The translations under genes and the position numbers were made by a program. A stretch of 40,914 bases of DNA from IMG/VR virus record IMGVR_UViG_3300045988_066297. One strand, written 5' to 3'. The DNA comes from a virus. The notes beneath the pieces were generated by a model. It was not told where the DNA came from. It saw only the letters and a program-made list of their open reading frames with translations, and made no database searches. This document shows, in pieces, positions 16,001 through 22,902 of this stretch (positions are counted from its first letter, which is position 1; each line of letters opens with the position of its first letter).

Positions 16001-18419
16001 GCGACTCGCTGATCTCCTGTGCCGGCGCACTCTCATCAGAACCTACGTGCTTTCCTTCGAAAATATCTACGATCTTCTGTAAATCTTCCGGCGACGCATG
16101 ATTAATCGCATCCTGGTTGATGATACCGCCCTGATTAAACGCCCGGTCGATAATATCGCCCTGAGACTTCGGCTCGTCTTCGCTCTTTGGTTCCTCAATC
16201 AGATTCTGACTCTCCTCAGCCGTCGGCTCCTGGATCAAGTCCTGGCTGTTCTCTGTCTCCTGTGCGACCGGCGCTGCATCCTCCGTATTGATCGCTTCTA
16301 CGGCTGCCTGTGTCGCTTCCTTCGCTGCATCCGGTGTAGAATCCGCCGTGTTCTGCTCTGAGCGCTCCTTCAGCGCATCTACCGCCTCATTCACGGCATC
16401 ATGCGTAGCGTCCGCCACATTCTTCGTGTCGTCCGCAGTTTTCGTCCGCTTCTTTCTCGACTTCTTCAGCTTATCGACAGCCGCATTGGTGGCATCCTTC
16501 GTGTCTGATCCGCTACCCTCTGTCGTTACCGTAATATTGTTATCTGTTGAAATATCGTCCGACACATCGGCATCACTAAAAACCGGTGCTTCCGACGCCG
16601 GTGCCTGTGTGTCCATATTCTGTGCAGGAGCTTCACTGAATTCAGTGTAGTCGCGCATATCATTAAACAGCGTATTATCGTTTACGAACTGATCGCTCTT
16701 GAACTGATTCTGATACTCACGCTCCGCGCTTCTTCTCTGCTGCCAGTCGTCTGTCCGGTGCTCGATCTCGTTTCCGGCAAGGTGCAGCACATCACCGCCC
16801 ACGTTCATAAGCATCGAATTCGCCGCGCCAAGCGCCGCAGAATACCAGAATTCAGGGTCACTGAAAGAAAGACCCTTGACCGGATCAATGTTTCCGTTCT
16901 CGTCCTTACCCTCACCAAGGATCACATTCTTTGCGATCCCCTGCGTCCAGTACTGCAGTCCTTCCTGTGCTGCCTCACCGAGCGCATTCGCTCCATGGCT
17001 GCCGAGACGGTACAGAAGCCCTCTGCCAATATCAGACTTCACCGCCTTGTTGATTCCTTCTGCCGCCGCCTTTGCGATACTCGTATTGCCGAGTGCCTTC
17101 GCGATTCTTCCGCCACCGAATGCCTCGATACCACCGAGCAGCTTCTCCGTGTAGTACTCAGACGCCGCTTCCTCGCCAGCGTATAAAGCGGATTGAAGAT
17201 TGCTATGCCCGTTGTTGATTGCTTCCTGGTAAGAGTGCCCACCCTGTGAAGCGCCGAACAGCACATTTGACAGCGCCTGGATGCCTTCATTGCCCAAACC
17301 TGCAGCGCCACCCACAGCACTGCCGAGTGCAGCTGCGCCTACCATATTACCAGTCGAGGACGCAATATCCTGCAGTACGCCTTCGGCCTTTCCGGCCTTT
17401 TCCCTGCGCATCTGTGTCTCATAGTCATTCACAGACTGCGCACGCTTCTTATTGTCGAGCGTCGCCCACTGCGCGATCTTCTGAAGGCCCTCGCCACTGT
17501 TCGTAACGCCTCCGACGAACTGATTAGCAATTCTACCGGCGGCCACAGCATTCGCACGGTTTCCCTCTACGTTCTGCTTCGCCACGCGACGGTTGATGTC
17601 GTCCATGATCTTAGACCGGTACTCTTCCGCTGCGTCTCTGCCCTGCGAGTCGTACAGATGGTTGTACATGTACTTCTGTCCTGGCGTCATTTCAGAGTAC
17701 TGCCGGATCTGTTCAGGAATAGCCGCTGGATTTCTTTCGAGCTTTCGCATCTTCTCCGCTTCTGCGTCCGCCATCTTCAGCGGATTGCCGCCAGCGTTCC
17801 TGAGCGCGTTGATCGGTGCTTTCACCGCATCGACGATCACCTTGTTGATACCCTTGTTCGCGAAGTCCGTCATGGTAGCATGATGCCGCGTCGCCTGTGC
17901 AGTCGTATTGTTGCCCTTCTTCGCAACATAATCTACGAGCGACTTTGAGACCGTCGTCTGCGTGTTTCCGGTTCTCGTCGCTGTACTGGGTGTGGCAGTA
18001 CTCGGTGTAGTATTGCTCGGCGTTGAGCGGTTCTTTAGCTCGTTCAGCGCATCGTTTCGGATGTCATCACTCGTCAATGTCTGCTTCTTCGGCGTCGGGC
18101 GAGAATATCCATAGCGATTGCCTACATCATCCACCAGGTTCCTTGAAACGGTGCTCGCAGATCCTGTGTTGTAGGTCGCCTGCCGCTGCTGCATGCTGGT
18201 CTTCCGCTGTGAGCGCTCATGCGATGACTGAATGCTACGCTGCGTCGCAGAGTTCAGAGAATAATTGTCGTCCGCATCCTTCTCGTAGTAGTTCTCACGA
18301 TAAAGCTGCTGTGTCGGCTGATTCTCAATATGGTTCTGTTCGTCTCGATGCTCAGACTGACGGAGCAGCTCGTACTTCGTCTCTCTGTTAGCGATTTTTG
18401 ATCTCTTCTTTGCCATCAC
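7002..18419 (-). CDS. Giant polyvalent protein (3,805 aa): N6-adenine MTase + Strawberry-notch-like helicase + zincin metallopeptidase motif + C-terminal TM-containing region
   Basis: One uninterrupted ORF of 11,418 nt. All named motifs are in the same frame (see the domain sub-features). It occupies the portal-to-scaffold slot where MuF/gp7-type minor head proteins usually lie. Confidence 0.9.
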   Translation of the reverse strand: MMAKKRSKIANRETKYELLRQSEHRDEQNHIENQPTQQLYRENYYEKDADDNYSLNSATQRSIQSSHERSQRKTSMQQRQATYNTGSASTVSRNLVDDVGNRYGYSRPTPKKQTLTSDDIRNDALNELKNRSTPSNTTPSTATPSTATRTGNTQTTVSKSLVDYVAKKGNNTTAQATRHHATMTDFANKGINKVIVDAVKAPINALRNAGGNPLKMADAEAEKMRKLERNPAAIPEQIRQYSEMTPGQKYMYNHLYDSQGRDAAEEYRSKIMDDINRRVAKQNVEGNRANAVAAGRIANQFVGGVTNSGEGLQKIAQWATLDNKKRAQSVNDYETQMRREKAGKAEGVLQDIASSTGNMVGAAALGSAVGGAAGLGNEGIQALSNVLFGASQGGHSYQEAINNGHSNLQSALYAGEEAASEYYTEKLLGGIEAFGGGRIAKALGNTSIAKAAAEGINKAVKSDIGRGLLYRLGSHGANALGEAAQEGLQYWTQGIAKNVILGEGKDENGNIDPVKGLSFSDPEFWYSAALGAANSMLMNVGGDVLHLAGNEIEHRTDDWQQRRSAEREYQNQFKSDQFVNDNTLFNDMRDYTEFSEAPAQNMDTQAPASEAPVFSDADVSDDISTDNNITVTTEGSGSDTKDATNAAVDKLKKSRKKRTKTADDTKNVADATHDAVNEAVDALKERSEQNTADSTPDAAKEATQAAVEAINTEDAAPVAQETENSQDLIQEPTAEESQNLIEEPKSEDEPKSQGDIIDRAFNQGGIINQDAINHASPEDLQKIVDIFEGKHVGSDESAPAQEISESQQEPEPETNEPVGNSDRKLTTNQLHDKLKSNGKFTADQIEYEITADEDGYVGRLRDTKNDKFGGVIVDGRALRYVTKPYESRDAVIDDLTKFAENNGLTRNEKAAAEADSFVSGGILQPDVADALTDRAYKRFGTKEAERRTYIDFFSLGSEQWPSVDTSTVYKWDNFMAQVYQAGLNGEPYSRLSNDSNFAEFYKMPVGPDAADAMWKLGYNQYNIRMQKNEEKKEEPKEAPKEASKPAPATKTSPAAPEKKPVANSNPQSSIADRVAAKVASGQSFTANWLFDVANNAYGGTMADGTYSVKDAYDGMELGINKYLMNADFVKAGNGSLEDALNTLSELQNILRNIPTKTKRTEEMESYQQFSTPPTIAFTAARLANITSDDVVLEPSAGIGGLALWGKAWGAKVYGNELSKRRLAFLNELGLDGTFNENAEQINNVLPDDIQPTVVIMNPPFSSTAGRMKTNKTANAKRHIEQALDRLQEGGRLVAILGRGMADDAPAFSAWWNDLRREYTIRSNVRIDGSNYQKYGTTFDDQLVVIDKVGPQEGKTLTGEYKDLSELLTDLEGVRNERRFVEQNRKSGNMVQGRSTSEKTDGVADELASNAADGRRNDTGRNGRVDSSRESGTGARVRNGGRVSGSAGSTKKLKKSGERVSESEPGTVSDQNDGKSDGNVRLVHGDVQGSQRGVSKPKINIDSKFTAYEPAKVHIEGAKPHPGKLVESAAMGAVEPPTPTYTPHLPQSLIDSGKPSSAQLENIVYAGQAHSQILPSGERKGYFIGDGTGVGKGVQIASILLDNFNQGRRKAVWVSKNPSLRLDAQRDWSDIGQDASEIYDFSKFKNSDIPYDEGIMFASYKQIGDRKQDGIDTLTKWLGKDFDGVIVFDEAHMMKNAIPTEGKGWGKTSTSQMAVWGVKLQQAFPNARILYATATGASDISNFAYLDRLGLWGKGTPFANFNDFYEKISSGGLAAMELVARDMKAMGSYMARSISYEGVEYDTVEHELTPAQTKIYDTMSDGWRIVLQNLDSALEITGQSRNRNARAIAVGQFWSRLQSFYNQIITSMAMPSVIDDIRKQLDDGRSVVIQLTNTNEAAAKRKIAENEKNGGDLENLDLTPSESLIDYLKKSFPVQVYEDYEDENGNRLSRPVKDSQGNPVLDKRAVALRDQLITKIGKMKVPDGPLEMLLDEFGTENVAEVTGRTRRVVNQRQADGSVKRIIENRSVKSGEADAKAFQNGTKRILVFSESGGTGKSYHADRRAKNQQQRVHYILQPGWKADAAIQGLGRTHRTNEASAPIYKLVTTNVMGQKRFTATIAKRLNQLGALTQGQRDAGSGIFSEKDNLETPIAADALENFYRSADRDLIKSLGINIYEKGGFAINESAPDLRNVPKFLNRILSLKVEDQNKVFNEFYSLLNDMTETAIQNGTLDRGMESVKADKIEVIDKKTVHVDERTGAETQYVQMKVYRKPTIVSFKDMPELFYCSDDEVWNLYIKEGRLRLCRFGDGSVRAVYKMHRTETDTKGRVHDLYEIKSPVYEYRSIYQDKTLEKLNPIEIPKNEWEDAWNEEIKKTPKYLDSNLHLLTGVLLPVWDKIENARGKVLRVVTSDGTQYLGREISPSFVDTVLRSLNQTRTKKQYTPKELMSEILDSNQEVALKRDKWRLRKRRVSGEWRIELTGTNTWQVDDMPGIIKEIINSEERYFIPTGKRGEAVIESIIADNPVSDVRPVSSDDGVLHSMSKHDDTGDESGGVLNSKKNPTPSEDGEKPEERWTAQKNEDSTETSSKRLSDIIGQAAHDWGFNVTSGTRYVKGEGNMGEFNERNRGIRTKITNDLPTFSHEFGHWLDKTYNITGSARLPKEVRKDIETAFFMNPDNADLYSGKSASVKLKEGLAEFVRYYLQNRDAARIDFPKLTDYILKQMSPGELAKFNGFADQVNAYYSMDAGDAKSSIRLKEDSRPDYRTNMEKFHDWYHGWYQENVDSVHGFREFDVRNGTNTYTYATNAAYTDARVAQTIIEGIYDLDGNYIGPGLKDALAGIDVNDKEVYIAFGEYLAVKHGIEWIAQNKRVFADDRKNNAQWMENRIEEIESEHPEFIEAADRLYKFESDFMWTYAVGEGLISADAYKAMQKENPCYVPFFRAGFKERGNSLFKAKGSGRDLIHPVDNIIDNITKLQNAAARNAVMLQLRREAVRSKADALFMEKMPDPKVPVEVDLRGIKDRLYNETHDIAGIEIAPEMQDALQEVIGSIDDTMTQFQLGKAKPNRGEIKILVAGKPEFWKINDPLLLSSITSMDYRNASKVITAFGAVSRFITSNITGNNVIWSIFSNAPRDLQTLLTYSMATKNPGKMLQGVADTYLNYINNARGKSVDPLFSEYLAMGGEGAPVWSGSKDYVKDMRKLLSSTREHPEMNPLKWAMFVSDMIEMGPRFATYKMCREAGMNPQKAFYAAMDITVNFRRNGINSKTLNQFIPFFNAGVQATDKMIRYFTAEDLREMKFVGGAGDGGDGGDGTGKWVEVNGKERGRAIAGRIAFSAALSLIMAALVVAWSRRNKESKDDFDMLSNYTKNSYFCISLGDGKYFTIPKGQNVAVLESFFERLLERTVGDNDHAFDEYYSYLTDSTLPSIVSDLAEYPVNVMANGVQSANDDFTTGFLGSLGAVGEMSQLRANKDYLNRPIVSKQNEGKVPALQYTEKSSEMAYLLGKYLGISPQKADHFGKNILGWMWSYPSALFPINDGNGVKGKRDWTMGVKNTYLRDNTYSNDLSNWIYDKAEDSEMMYSSYGTNEQALESTLDSNMKSYYQKTIGLAKGQEDEREIRRAALDKLKAYRKESDHGVEDADRKAIYDIVESNGNASILPGVMNTSIKSDGKTYDLSGKEYMQYQDAYESYYYDLADDCINPSDSEDKQSKIAGDLKQLAREQAMDEILSKKGIESGKPSKLKDWTDAGYDAADYFSLKEEMDVAKVGKDGDDRRKAVKKVLRGSGLSADAQKKLWEIAGYKASTFKKY
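8382..8435 (-). other. Predicted transmembrane helix inside the giant protein (aa ~3329-3346)
   Basis: IAFSAALSLIMAALVVAW is flanked by basic residues (RGRAIAGR / SRRNKESK) and preceded by the G/D-rich linker GGAGDGGDGGDGTG. Confidence 0.6.
10260..10650 (-). other. Zincin-like metallopeptidase region of the giant protein
   Basis: HEFGH at 10491-10505 (aa 2639-2643). A downstream EGLAEF could supply the third (Glu) ligand in a gluzincin-like arrangement. Confidence 0.55.
12060..13790 (-). other. Strawberry-notch-like (AAA_34 + Helicase_C_4 type) SF2 helicase region of the giant protein
   Basis: GYFIGDGTGVGKGVQIASILLDNFNQGRRKAVWVS (P-loop 13644-13670), VIVFDEAHMMKN (DEAH 13347-13358), and SGGTGKSYHADRRAKNQQQRVHYILQPGWKADAAIQGLGRTHRTNEASAP (GRTHR 12147-12161). 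These match Sbno-family helicases motif for motif. Confidence 0.85.
14400..15060 (-). other. N6-adenine DNA methyltransferase domain of the giant protein (gamma-type motif order)
   Basis: SAM-binding motif I VLEPSAGIGGLALWG (14821-14843) lies about 65 aa before catalytic motif IV VVIMNPPF (NPPF 14640-14651). Confidence 0.85.
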
Positions 18420-18454
18420 GTTCTCCTTAAATTAAAGTAAAGTTGCTACCGTCA

Positions 18455-18492
18455 ATTATGAGTGAAGGCGTAAAAAAACGTCACCGACCTAT
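18455..18492 (-). promoter_or_regulatory. Late promoter candidate 2 (ATAGGTCGGT + 22 nt + CATAAT), upstream of the giant gene
   Basis: Minus strand reads ATAGGTCGGT (18492-18483), 22 nt, then CATAAT (18460-18455). The flanks CCAT...TTTTTACG are shared with the site at 26781-26818. Confidence 0.55.
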
Positions 18493-18541
18493 AAAAATGG
18501 ACCGCAGTGTTACCACCACGGCCCCAAAAAGGAGGAAACGA

Positions 18542-19969
18542 TTACATATCGCCAATAATCTTAAATTGTTCAGACATTTTCTTAGCCCATGCGCTGGCCG
18601 CTTCCTTCGCTCTGTTCCGCGCGTAGAATGCAGCCTTCGCGTCGATCATGCCCTCTGCCTTCGCGTCCTCATATGCCTGATCATAGGCATCGTTCTTCAC
18701 GGTCTCATACCGGCTCTCGTACTCTGACTGAGCCATCAGGTTACGCGTGTCTTTACTTCCGGCAGACGGATACTGTTTCTTGAATGCGGAATCATCCGTG
18801 TAAATATCTTTCGCTGTGCTCTTGCTTGAGCCACTGCCCCTGGATCGCCTGCTTCCACCTGATCCGGAAGATTTTTTCGCCTTCGTCGCCTTTGCTGCTG
18901 CCGCAATCTGTGCAAGTGCGCTTGCCGCGTCTCCGGAGAAACCGTACTTTTTGTTGTACTGGTTGATGCGATCCGTGAGGTAGGAAGGAACCGGAAGACC
19001 GGCCTTCGCAAGCTGTGTAGCTGTTGTAACGGCGTTCTGGTACTGATTGTCGTCTCTGTTCAGCTCGTCCTGCTCTGCGCTGTACCCGAAGTTCCTGTCG
19101 GTATCATAGCCGCTTCTATCCTGCTGGAAGGAGTTCCAATACTGGTTCGCGTTATAGTTCCGGTCTGTCTGCCAGTCTGCAACATCATCTCTGTACCGGC
19201 CGTACATGGTGTTGTCCTGCGACTGGTAGGCATTGAGCTTCTTATAGTCATTCGCCTGGTTGTCGGTGTACATCTGATACGCGAGATTCAGAAGATTCAG
19301 ATTGTTGTCATTCATCCCCTGCATCGTGTTGTCATACGCCTGCTGGCCGACTGCCTGTCCATAGGAGGAGCCATAGCCGCCGGTCTGTGCGTTCGCGGAT
19401 GCCATCGCATCATTCATGGCTCGCTGTGCCTGTGCCTTGTATCGCTCCGCGTACTGATCGTAGAGCGCGTTATAGTTCGCATCCGACTTCACATCAAACG
19501 GCTTCTGGTTTCTGATGATCTCCAGAAGACTATTGATCGTGCCCTCATAAGCGGACTGGTACTTGTCTGGTCGTGCATCATCGGTCTCGAGCATCGAGTT
19601 CTTGTAATGCTCAGTGAGCTCCGTCGGCTTGAAGCCCTGCTGCCATGCCTTCGAACCATCAGAACCATACAGAGGTGTAGAGCTGCCATTGGATGGCGTG
19701 GTTCCGGTCGGTGTGCTATTTTCTGCCGTTCCGGTTGATCCTTCCGCTGTCGGGACCTGTGCCTGCTGTGGGTTGGTCGCCGCCGCTGCCGCCTGCTGCA
19801 GGGTCGCCTGTGACATTGGACTCAGCGTATTCGCAGGCTGTGTATCTGTCTGCTGCGCTGCAGGATAGTTTACGCTATTGACACCACTGCCCACGACGCG
19901 AGACTTGCTTGTTTTCTTTTTCTTTGTGTATGTGGTTGGGTCAATCCCCGTCCCGATCACTCTTGCCAT
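18542..19969 (-). CDS. Q/N/Y/D-rich structural (possibly internal/ejection) protein
   Basis: 475-aa ORF with a GGAGAGAAGGAG RBS. N-terminal duplication (RVIGTGIDPTTY / RVVGSGVNSVNY). The core is rich in N, Q, Y and D with recurring DxxN/YxxQ strings, and there is a basic S/G/K-rich stretch. It lies between structural genes. Confidence 0.4.
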   Translation of the reverse strand: MARVIGTGIDPTTYTKKKKTSKSRVVGSGVNSVNYPAAQQTDTQPANTLSPMSQATLQQAAAAATNPQQAQVPTAEGSTGTAENSTPTGTTPSNGSSTPLYGSDGSKAWQQGFKPTELTEHYKNSMLETDDARPDKYQSAYEGTINSLLEIIRNQKPFDVKSDANYNALYDQYAERYKAQAQRAMNDAMASANAQTGGYGSSYGQAVGQQAYDNTMQGMNDNNLNLLNLAYQMYTDNQANDYKKLNAYQSQDNTMYGRYRDDVADWQTDRNYNANQYWNSFQQDRSGYDTDRNFGYSAEQDELNRDDNQYQNAVTTATQLAKAGLPVPSYLTDRINQYNKKYGFSGDAASALAQIAAAAKATKAKKSSGSGGSRRSRGSGSSKSTAKDIYTDDSAFKKQYPSAGSKDTRNLMAQSEYESRYETVKNDAYDQAYEDAKAEGMIDAKAAFYARNRAKEAASAWAKKMSEQFKIIGDM

Positions 19970-20105
19970 CCTTCGTCTCCTTCTCTCCGCTGTCTAAAAT
20001 CTGTCGTAGCAGGACTACGTTCTTACAGTTTTCATAGCCTCTCACTTCCAAGGATTCGAGCAGCACCCGAGCTGTTCTTATCTGTGTTTCGTCGTATAAA
20101 ATCAT
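19941..20105 (-). CDS. Small hypothetical ORF (54 aa), translationally coupled
   Basis: The ATG at 20105 overlaps the upstream stop (ATGA). MILYDETQIRTARVLLESLEVRGYENCKNVVLLRQILDSGEKE... It is below the ORF-track length cutoff and overlaps the next gene start by 29 nt. Confidence 0.3.
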   Translation of the reverse strand: MILYDETQIRTARVLLESLEVRGYENCKNVVLLRQILDSGEKETKDGKSDRDGD

Positions 20106-20935
20106 GAGCCACCTCCGAGAATCAGATCATTTCCGTCACCTGTTGGGCCGCCGGATGAGCTGTCATCGGTTGAGTCGCCAGGAGATGAACCACCACCCGA
20201 CAAAGAGCCGACAAGATTCTTAATATATGAACGGATCGTCTGACCGTTGTAGTACAGCGTCCCGTTGATATCCACTCTGTCCTGCCCATTCACGGACAGT
20301 GTTGCTTGACTTCCATCCCACCCGGCCCAGAAGAGAAGTCGTCCGGTCCCGACGACATCGCCGGTTGACATACCCGTCACCTCATCATCTGACTGGAAAA
20401 TGTTACGACCGTAACTGTCATCGCAGATAAAATCTCCGATAGACACGTATCCTTTACGTGCCTTGAACGGAATATCCGAGTTCGTACTGTTTATCGTAGA
20501 ACCGTTGATGGTGCCGCCGATGATCTTCGCTGCACTCACTGTGCCGCTGAACGTTCCGTTACCAGCTGCATCGATCTTCAGATTCGTCGCATCGACCTCG
20601 AATTTACCGGTCGTCAGCTTGATGCGGTCTCCGGAAAGCTCCATCGAAGAGGAACCGGACGGCGTTTCGGCTTTCAGAGATAGCAGGTCTGACAGCAGCG
20701 TGATGGATGTGTTGTAGTGCTTCTCATTATCCTCCACCCGAAGTTCGATCTGGTCTGCCTTCACCTCGACGGATGCCAAGCGCTCACCGCGCTGCGCGTA
20801 GATCAGTCGCGCGGCCTCCGAATAGTTCTCTTCCGGCGTGAGATTATTAAACATGTAGGTCAGATTTTCATTCAGTTCATAAAGATACGACTCGATCTTA
20901 CTACTATCGACGGTATCCTGTGTGAATATAGCCAT
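20102..20935 (-). CDS. Fibre/spike-like structural protein
   Basis: The ATG at 20935 gives MAIFTQ (the ORF-track start at 20944 is a GTG). The N-terminal YLYELNENLTYMFNNL... pattern followed by IELRVEDNE resembles N-termini of phage minor structural/fibre proteins. The C-terminus is G/S/T-rich. Confidence 0.4.
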   Translation of the reverse strand: MAIFTQDTVDSSKIESYLYELNENLTYMFNNLTPEENYSEAARLIYAQRGERLASVEVKADQIELRVEDNEKHYNTSITLLSDLLSLKAETPSGSSSMELSGDRIKLTTGKFEVDATNLKIDAAGNGTFSGTVSAAKIIGGTINGSTINSTNSDIPFKARKGYVSIGDFICDDSYGRNIFQSDDEVTGMSTGDVVGTGRLLFWAGWDGSQATLSVNGQDRVDINGTLYYNGQTIRSYIKNLVGSLSGGGSSPGDSTDDSSSGGPTGDGNDLILGGGS

Positions 20936-22466
20936 TGATCTCACTTCCCAGCTCTATAGTGTTTGCCATCGCGACGATCTTACACGGGCCGGTGCCCTCG
21001 ATGCGGATGCGATACTTGCTGCATCGTCTCGGGATGATCGGGATCGTGTAAGTCTTATCCATCGCACTGCGGATGAATCCCTTATGCTCCCACATAGGGC
21101 CGTCGTCGAACTTCGCAAAGAACTTCACCTCGCTGCCTACCGGCATCACGAAATTGATAAGAACCTTTGAAACGTACTTCTGTTCCATCGCAGATCCTCG
21201 CAGATCTCCCGACTCGAGAAACCACCTGATCGGTTCCGTATCGTTGCCGTAAATATCGCGAAGATTATTCTCTGCATCAACATAATGAAGCATGCCTTCC
21301 GAATACTGAACGAACTTGAAGGCTGTATCGTCCTCAACATCCCATACACTGGTCAGCGGATTATACACGAGCAGCGTCTGTGCGCCTCCCAGCTTGCATG
21401 ACAGATAGAGCTTGCCGTCGTACTGTGCTGCTGCCGCGTCCGTGATCTCCTGCGTGATGTTCGTCGAGATCTTCTCCGGCACGCCGCCCAGGTATCTGTA
21501 CACGCCATCCCTGGAAACATAATACAGAGTTTCGTTGATGGTTACGAGCGACCTATCACAGCCAGCGCGCACACCAGGCAGCGTCTTTTCGAGCAGGGAG
21601 AAGTTCGACGGCTTGTCACCTCTAAGCACGTGGAAGGTTGACTCCTTGAAGAATATAAGGTATGTGCCGTACTTGCTGATGCCGGTGAAGTCTCCGTCTG
21701 ATCCGACCGTCGCCGCCCATGCGTTGTTTGCTTCCTTCTCGTAGTTGTACCAGTTCTTCGGGTCTCCGATCTTGCAGCAGTAGACCTCGTGATTCTTGCT
21801 GGAGCATCCCCATAAGCGGTTGTCTCGCTCCGTGATAAAGTCCATGTCCGGTACTTTCCGCTCGAATGTAGCCGTGCTGGTGAACTGATCGGTCAGAGAA
21901 CCGGTCACGATGATGTAATCGGTGCCGCCGTCGGTAATCACTTTCGTGCCGTTGTATTCTGAATTGGACGCGCCGGATATGGTCACGTTGTCGCCGGTCT
22001 TGAATGCGTTCCCGATGCCCGCAAGCGTGATCTTCGTGAATACGGAGCCTTTCGACAGCGGCGCAAACACTGCGCTGCCGCTTACCTTCGCTGTCATGTG
22101 GTCCACGGTGCCGGTGAATGTATTGAAGATGATGTGGTCGGGGAATACGCAGATATACGCACCGATGCCAACGAGCTTCTTGTCTCCGTCCGTCACGGTG
22201 AATACTTCCTTGTCCTTGTAGTAGGCTTTCGTCCCGTCGATGTAGAACAGACCGTTCTTGTAGAAGATGCCTTTCGGATTCTCGAAGGTCTTCTCTACGG
22301 TGCCTCGTGCTGGTCTCGTGCTGATCGCAGGGTAATGTCGATCGCACATATTCTTCATCGCAGCCCACTCTCCCCGGCTCGTGATCATGTTCTGATTCAC
22401 TCCCAGGAAGCGGTCCGTGATGGAGCTCGCCCGATTATCTGATGTTGTGATCTGTGGTAGTCGCAT
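20904..22466 (-). CDS. Large structural protein (tail/nozzle candidate, repeated beta-strand-like Y/F motifs)
   Basis: 520-aa ORF in the structural block. Recurrent motifs (LFYIDGTKAYY, TLYYVSRDGVYRY, KLYLSCK, MLHYVD) suggest a propeller-like repeat. No enzyme motif seen. Confidence 0.35.
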   Translation of the reverse strand: MRLPQITTSDNRASSITDRFLGVNQNMITSRGEWAAMKNMCDRHYPAISTRPARGTVEKTFENPKGIFYKNGLFYIDGTKAYYKDKEVFTVTDGDKKLVGIGAYICVFPDHIIFNTFTGTVDHMTAKVSGSAVFAPLSKGSVFTKITLAGIGNAFKTGDNVTISGASNSEYNGTKVITDGGTDYIIVTGSLTDQFTSTATFERKVPDMDFITERDNRLWGCSSKNHEVYCCKIGDPKNWYNYEKEANNAWAATVGSDGDFTGISKYGTYLIFFKESTFHVLRGDKPSNFSLLEKTLPGVRAGCDRSLVTINETLYYVSRDGVYRYLGGVPEKISTNITQEITDAAAAQYDGKLYLSCKLGGAQTLLVYNPLTSVWDVEDDTAFKFVQYSEGMLHYVDAENNLRDIYGNDTEPIRWFLESGDLRGSAMEQKYVSKVLINFVMPVGSEVKFFAKFDDGPMWEHKGFIRSAMDKTYTIPIIPRRCSKYRIRIEGTGPCKIVAMANTIELGSEINGYIHTGYRR

Positions 22467-22902
22467 GTGGCCTCCTTAATGGCATGTGCGTCCGTCTGTA
22501 CCAACTCGAGTACTGGCTCCACTCGTTCTCAAATGCCGCTGCTTCCATGTTGTAGCGATTGACTTCTCCGTTGTAGAAGTCAATCTTCGCAAACACATAG
22601 GTCGTATAGCAGGCGTTGAACTGATCCGGTATCAGCAGCTCACGTTCTGCATCCTCGTCATAGACATAGGACTTGAATACTGGAGGCTCAGCCGGTGGCT
22701 GCTCGTCCGGCTTGTAGTTATCCACGCCGGGAAGGACCGTGACCGGCTCTTTCGGAATCGGTGGCTTCGGCGGCTCGGCACGAGAAATCACCTGATCCAT
22801 CGCCATGAACTCGACCTCGTTCACCCACTGCGTGAGCATGTCCTTCGTGTACTCACTCGGTCTGAAGCTCGTAATATTCGCGATTAGTTCAGATAGTGTC
22901 AT
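22435..22902 (-). CDS. Head-tail adaptor / head completion candidate
   Basis: 155-aa ORF between Prp and the structural genes, with a proline-rich central linker. The function is assigned from position only. Confidence 0.25.
   Translation of the reverse strand: MTLSELIANITSFRPSEYTKDMLTQWVNEVEFMAMDQVISRAEPPKPPIPKEPVTVLPGVDNYKPDEQPPAEPPVFKSYVYDEDAERELLIPDQFNACYTTYVFAKIDFYNGEVNRYNMEAAAFENEWSQYSSWYRRTHMPLRRPHATTTDHNIR

Noticed and set aside
7002-18419. Giant ORF as a tape measure protein or an N4-like virion RNA polymerase
   Set aside because: The sequence carries MTase (NPPF), Sbno-helicase (DEAH, GRTHR) and HEXXH motifs. It does not carry the helical/Gly-rich tape-measure pattern, and I saw no polymerase-type motifs.
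21622-22368. 248-aa minus-strand ORF in an alternative frame of the 520-aa structural gene
   Set aside because: It is extremely R/H/Q-rich with no RBS, and it is fully embedded in a longer ORF that fits the operon.
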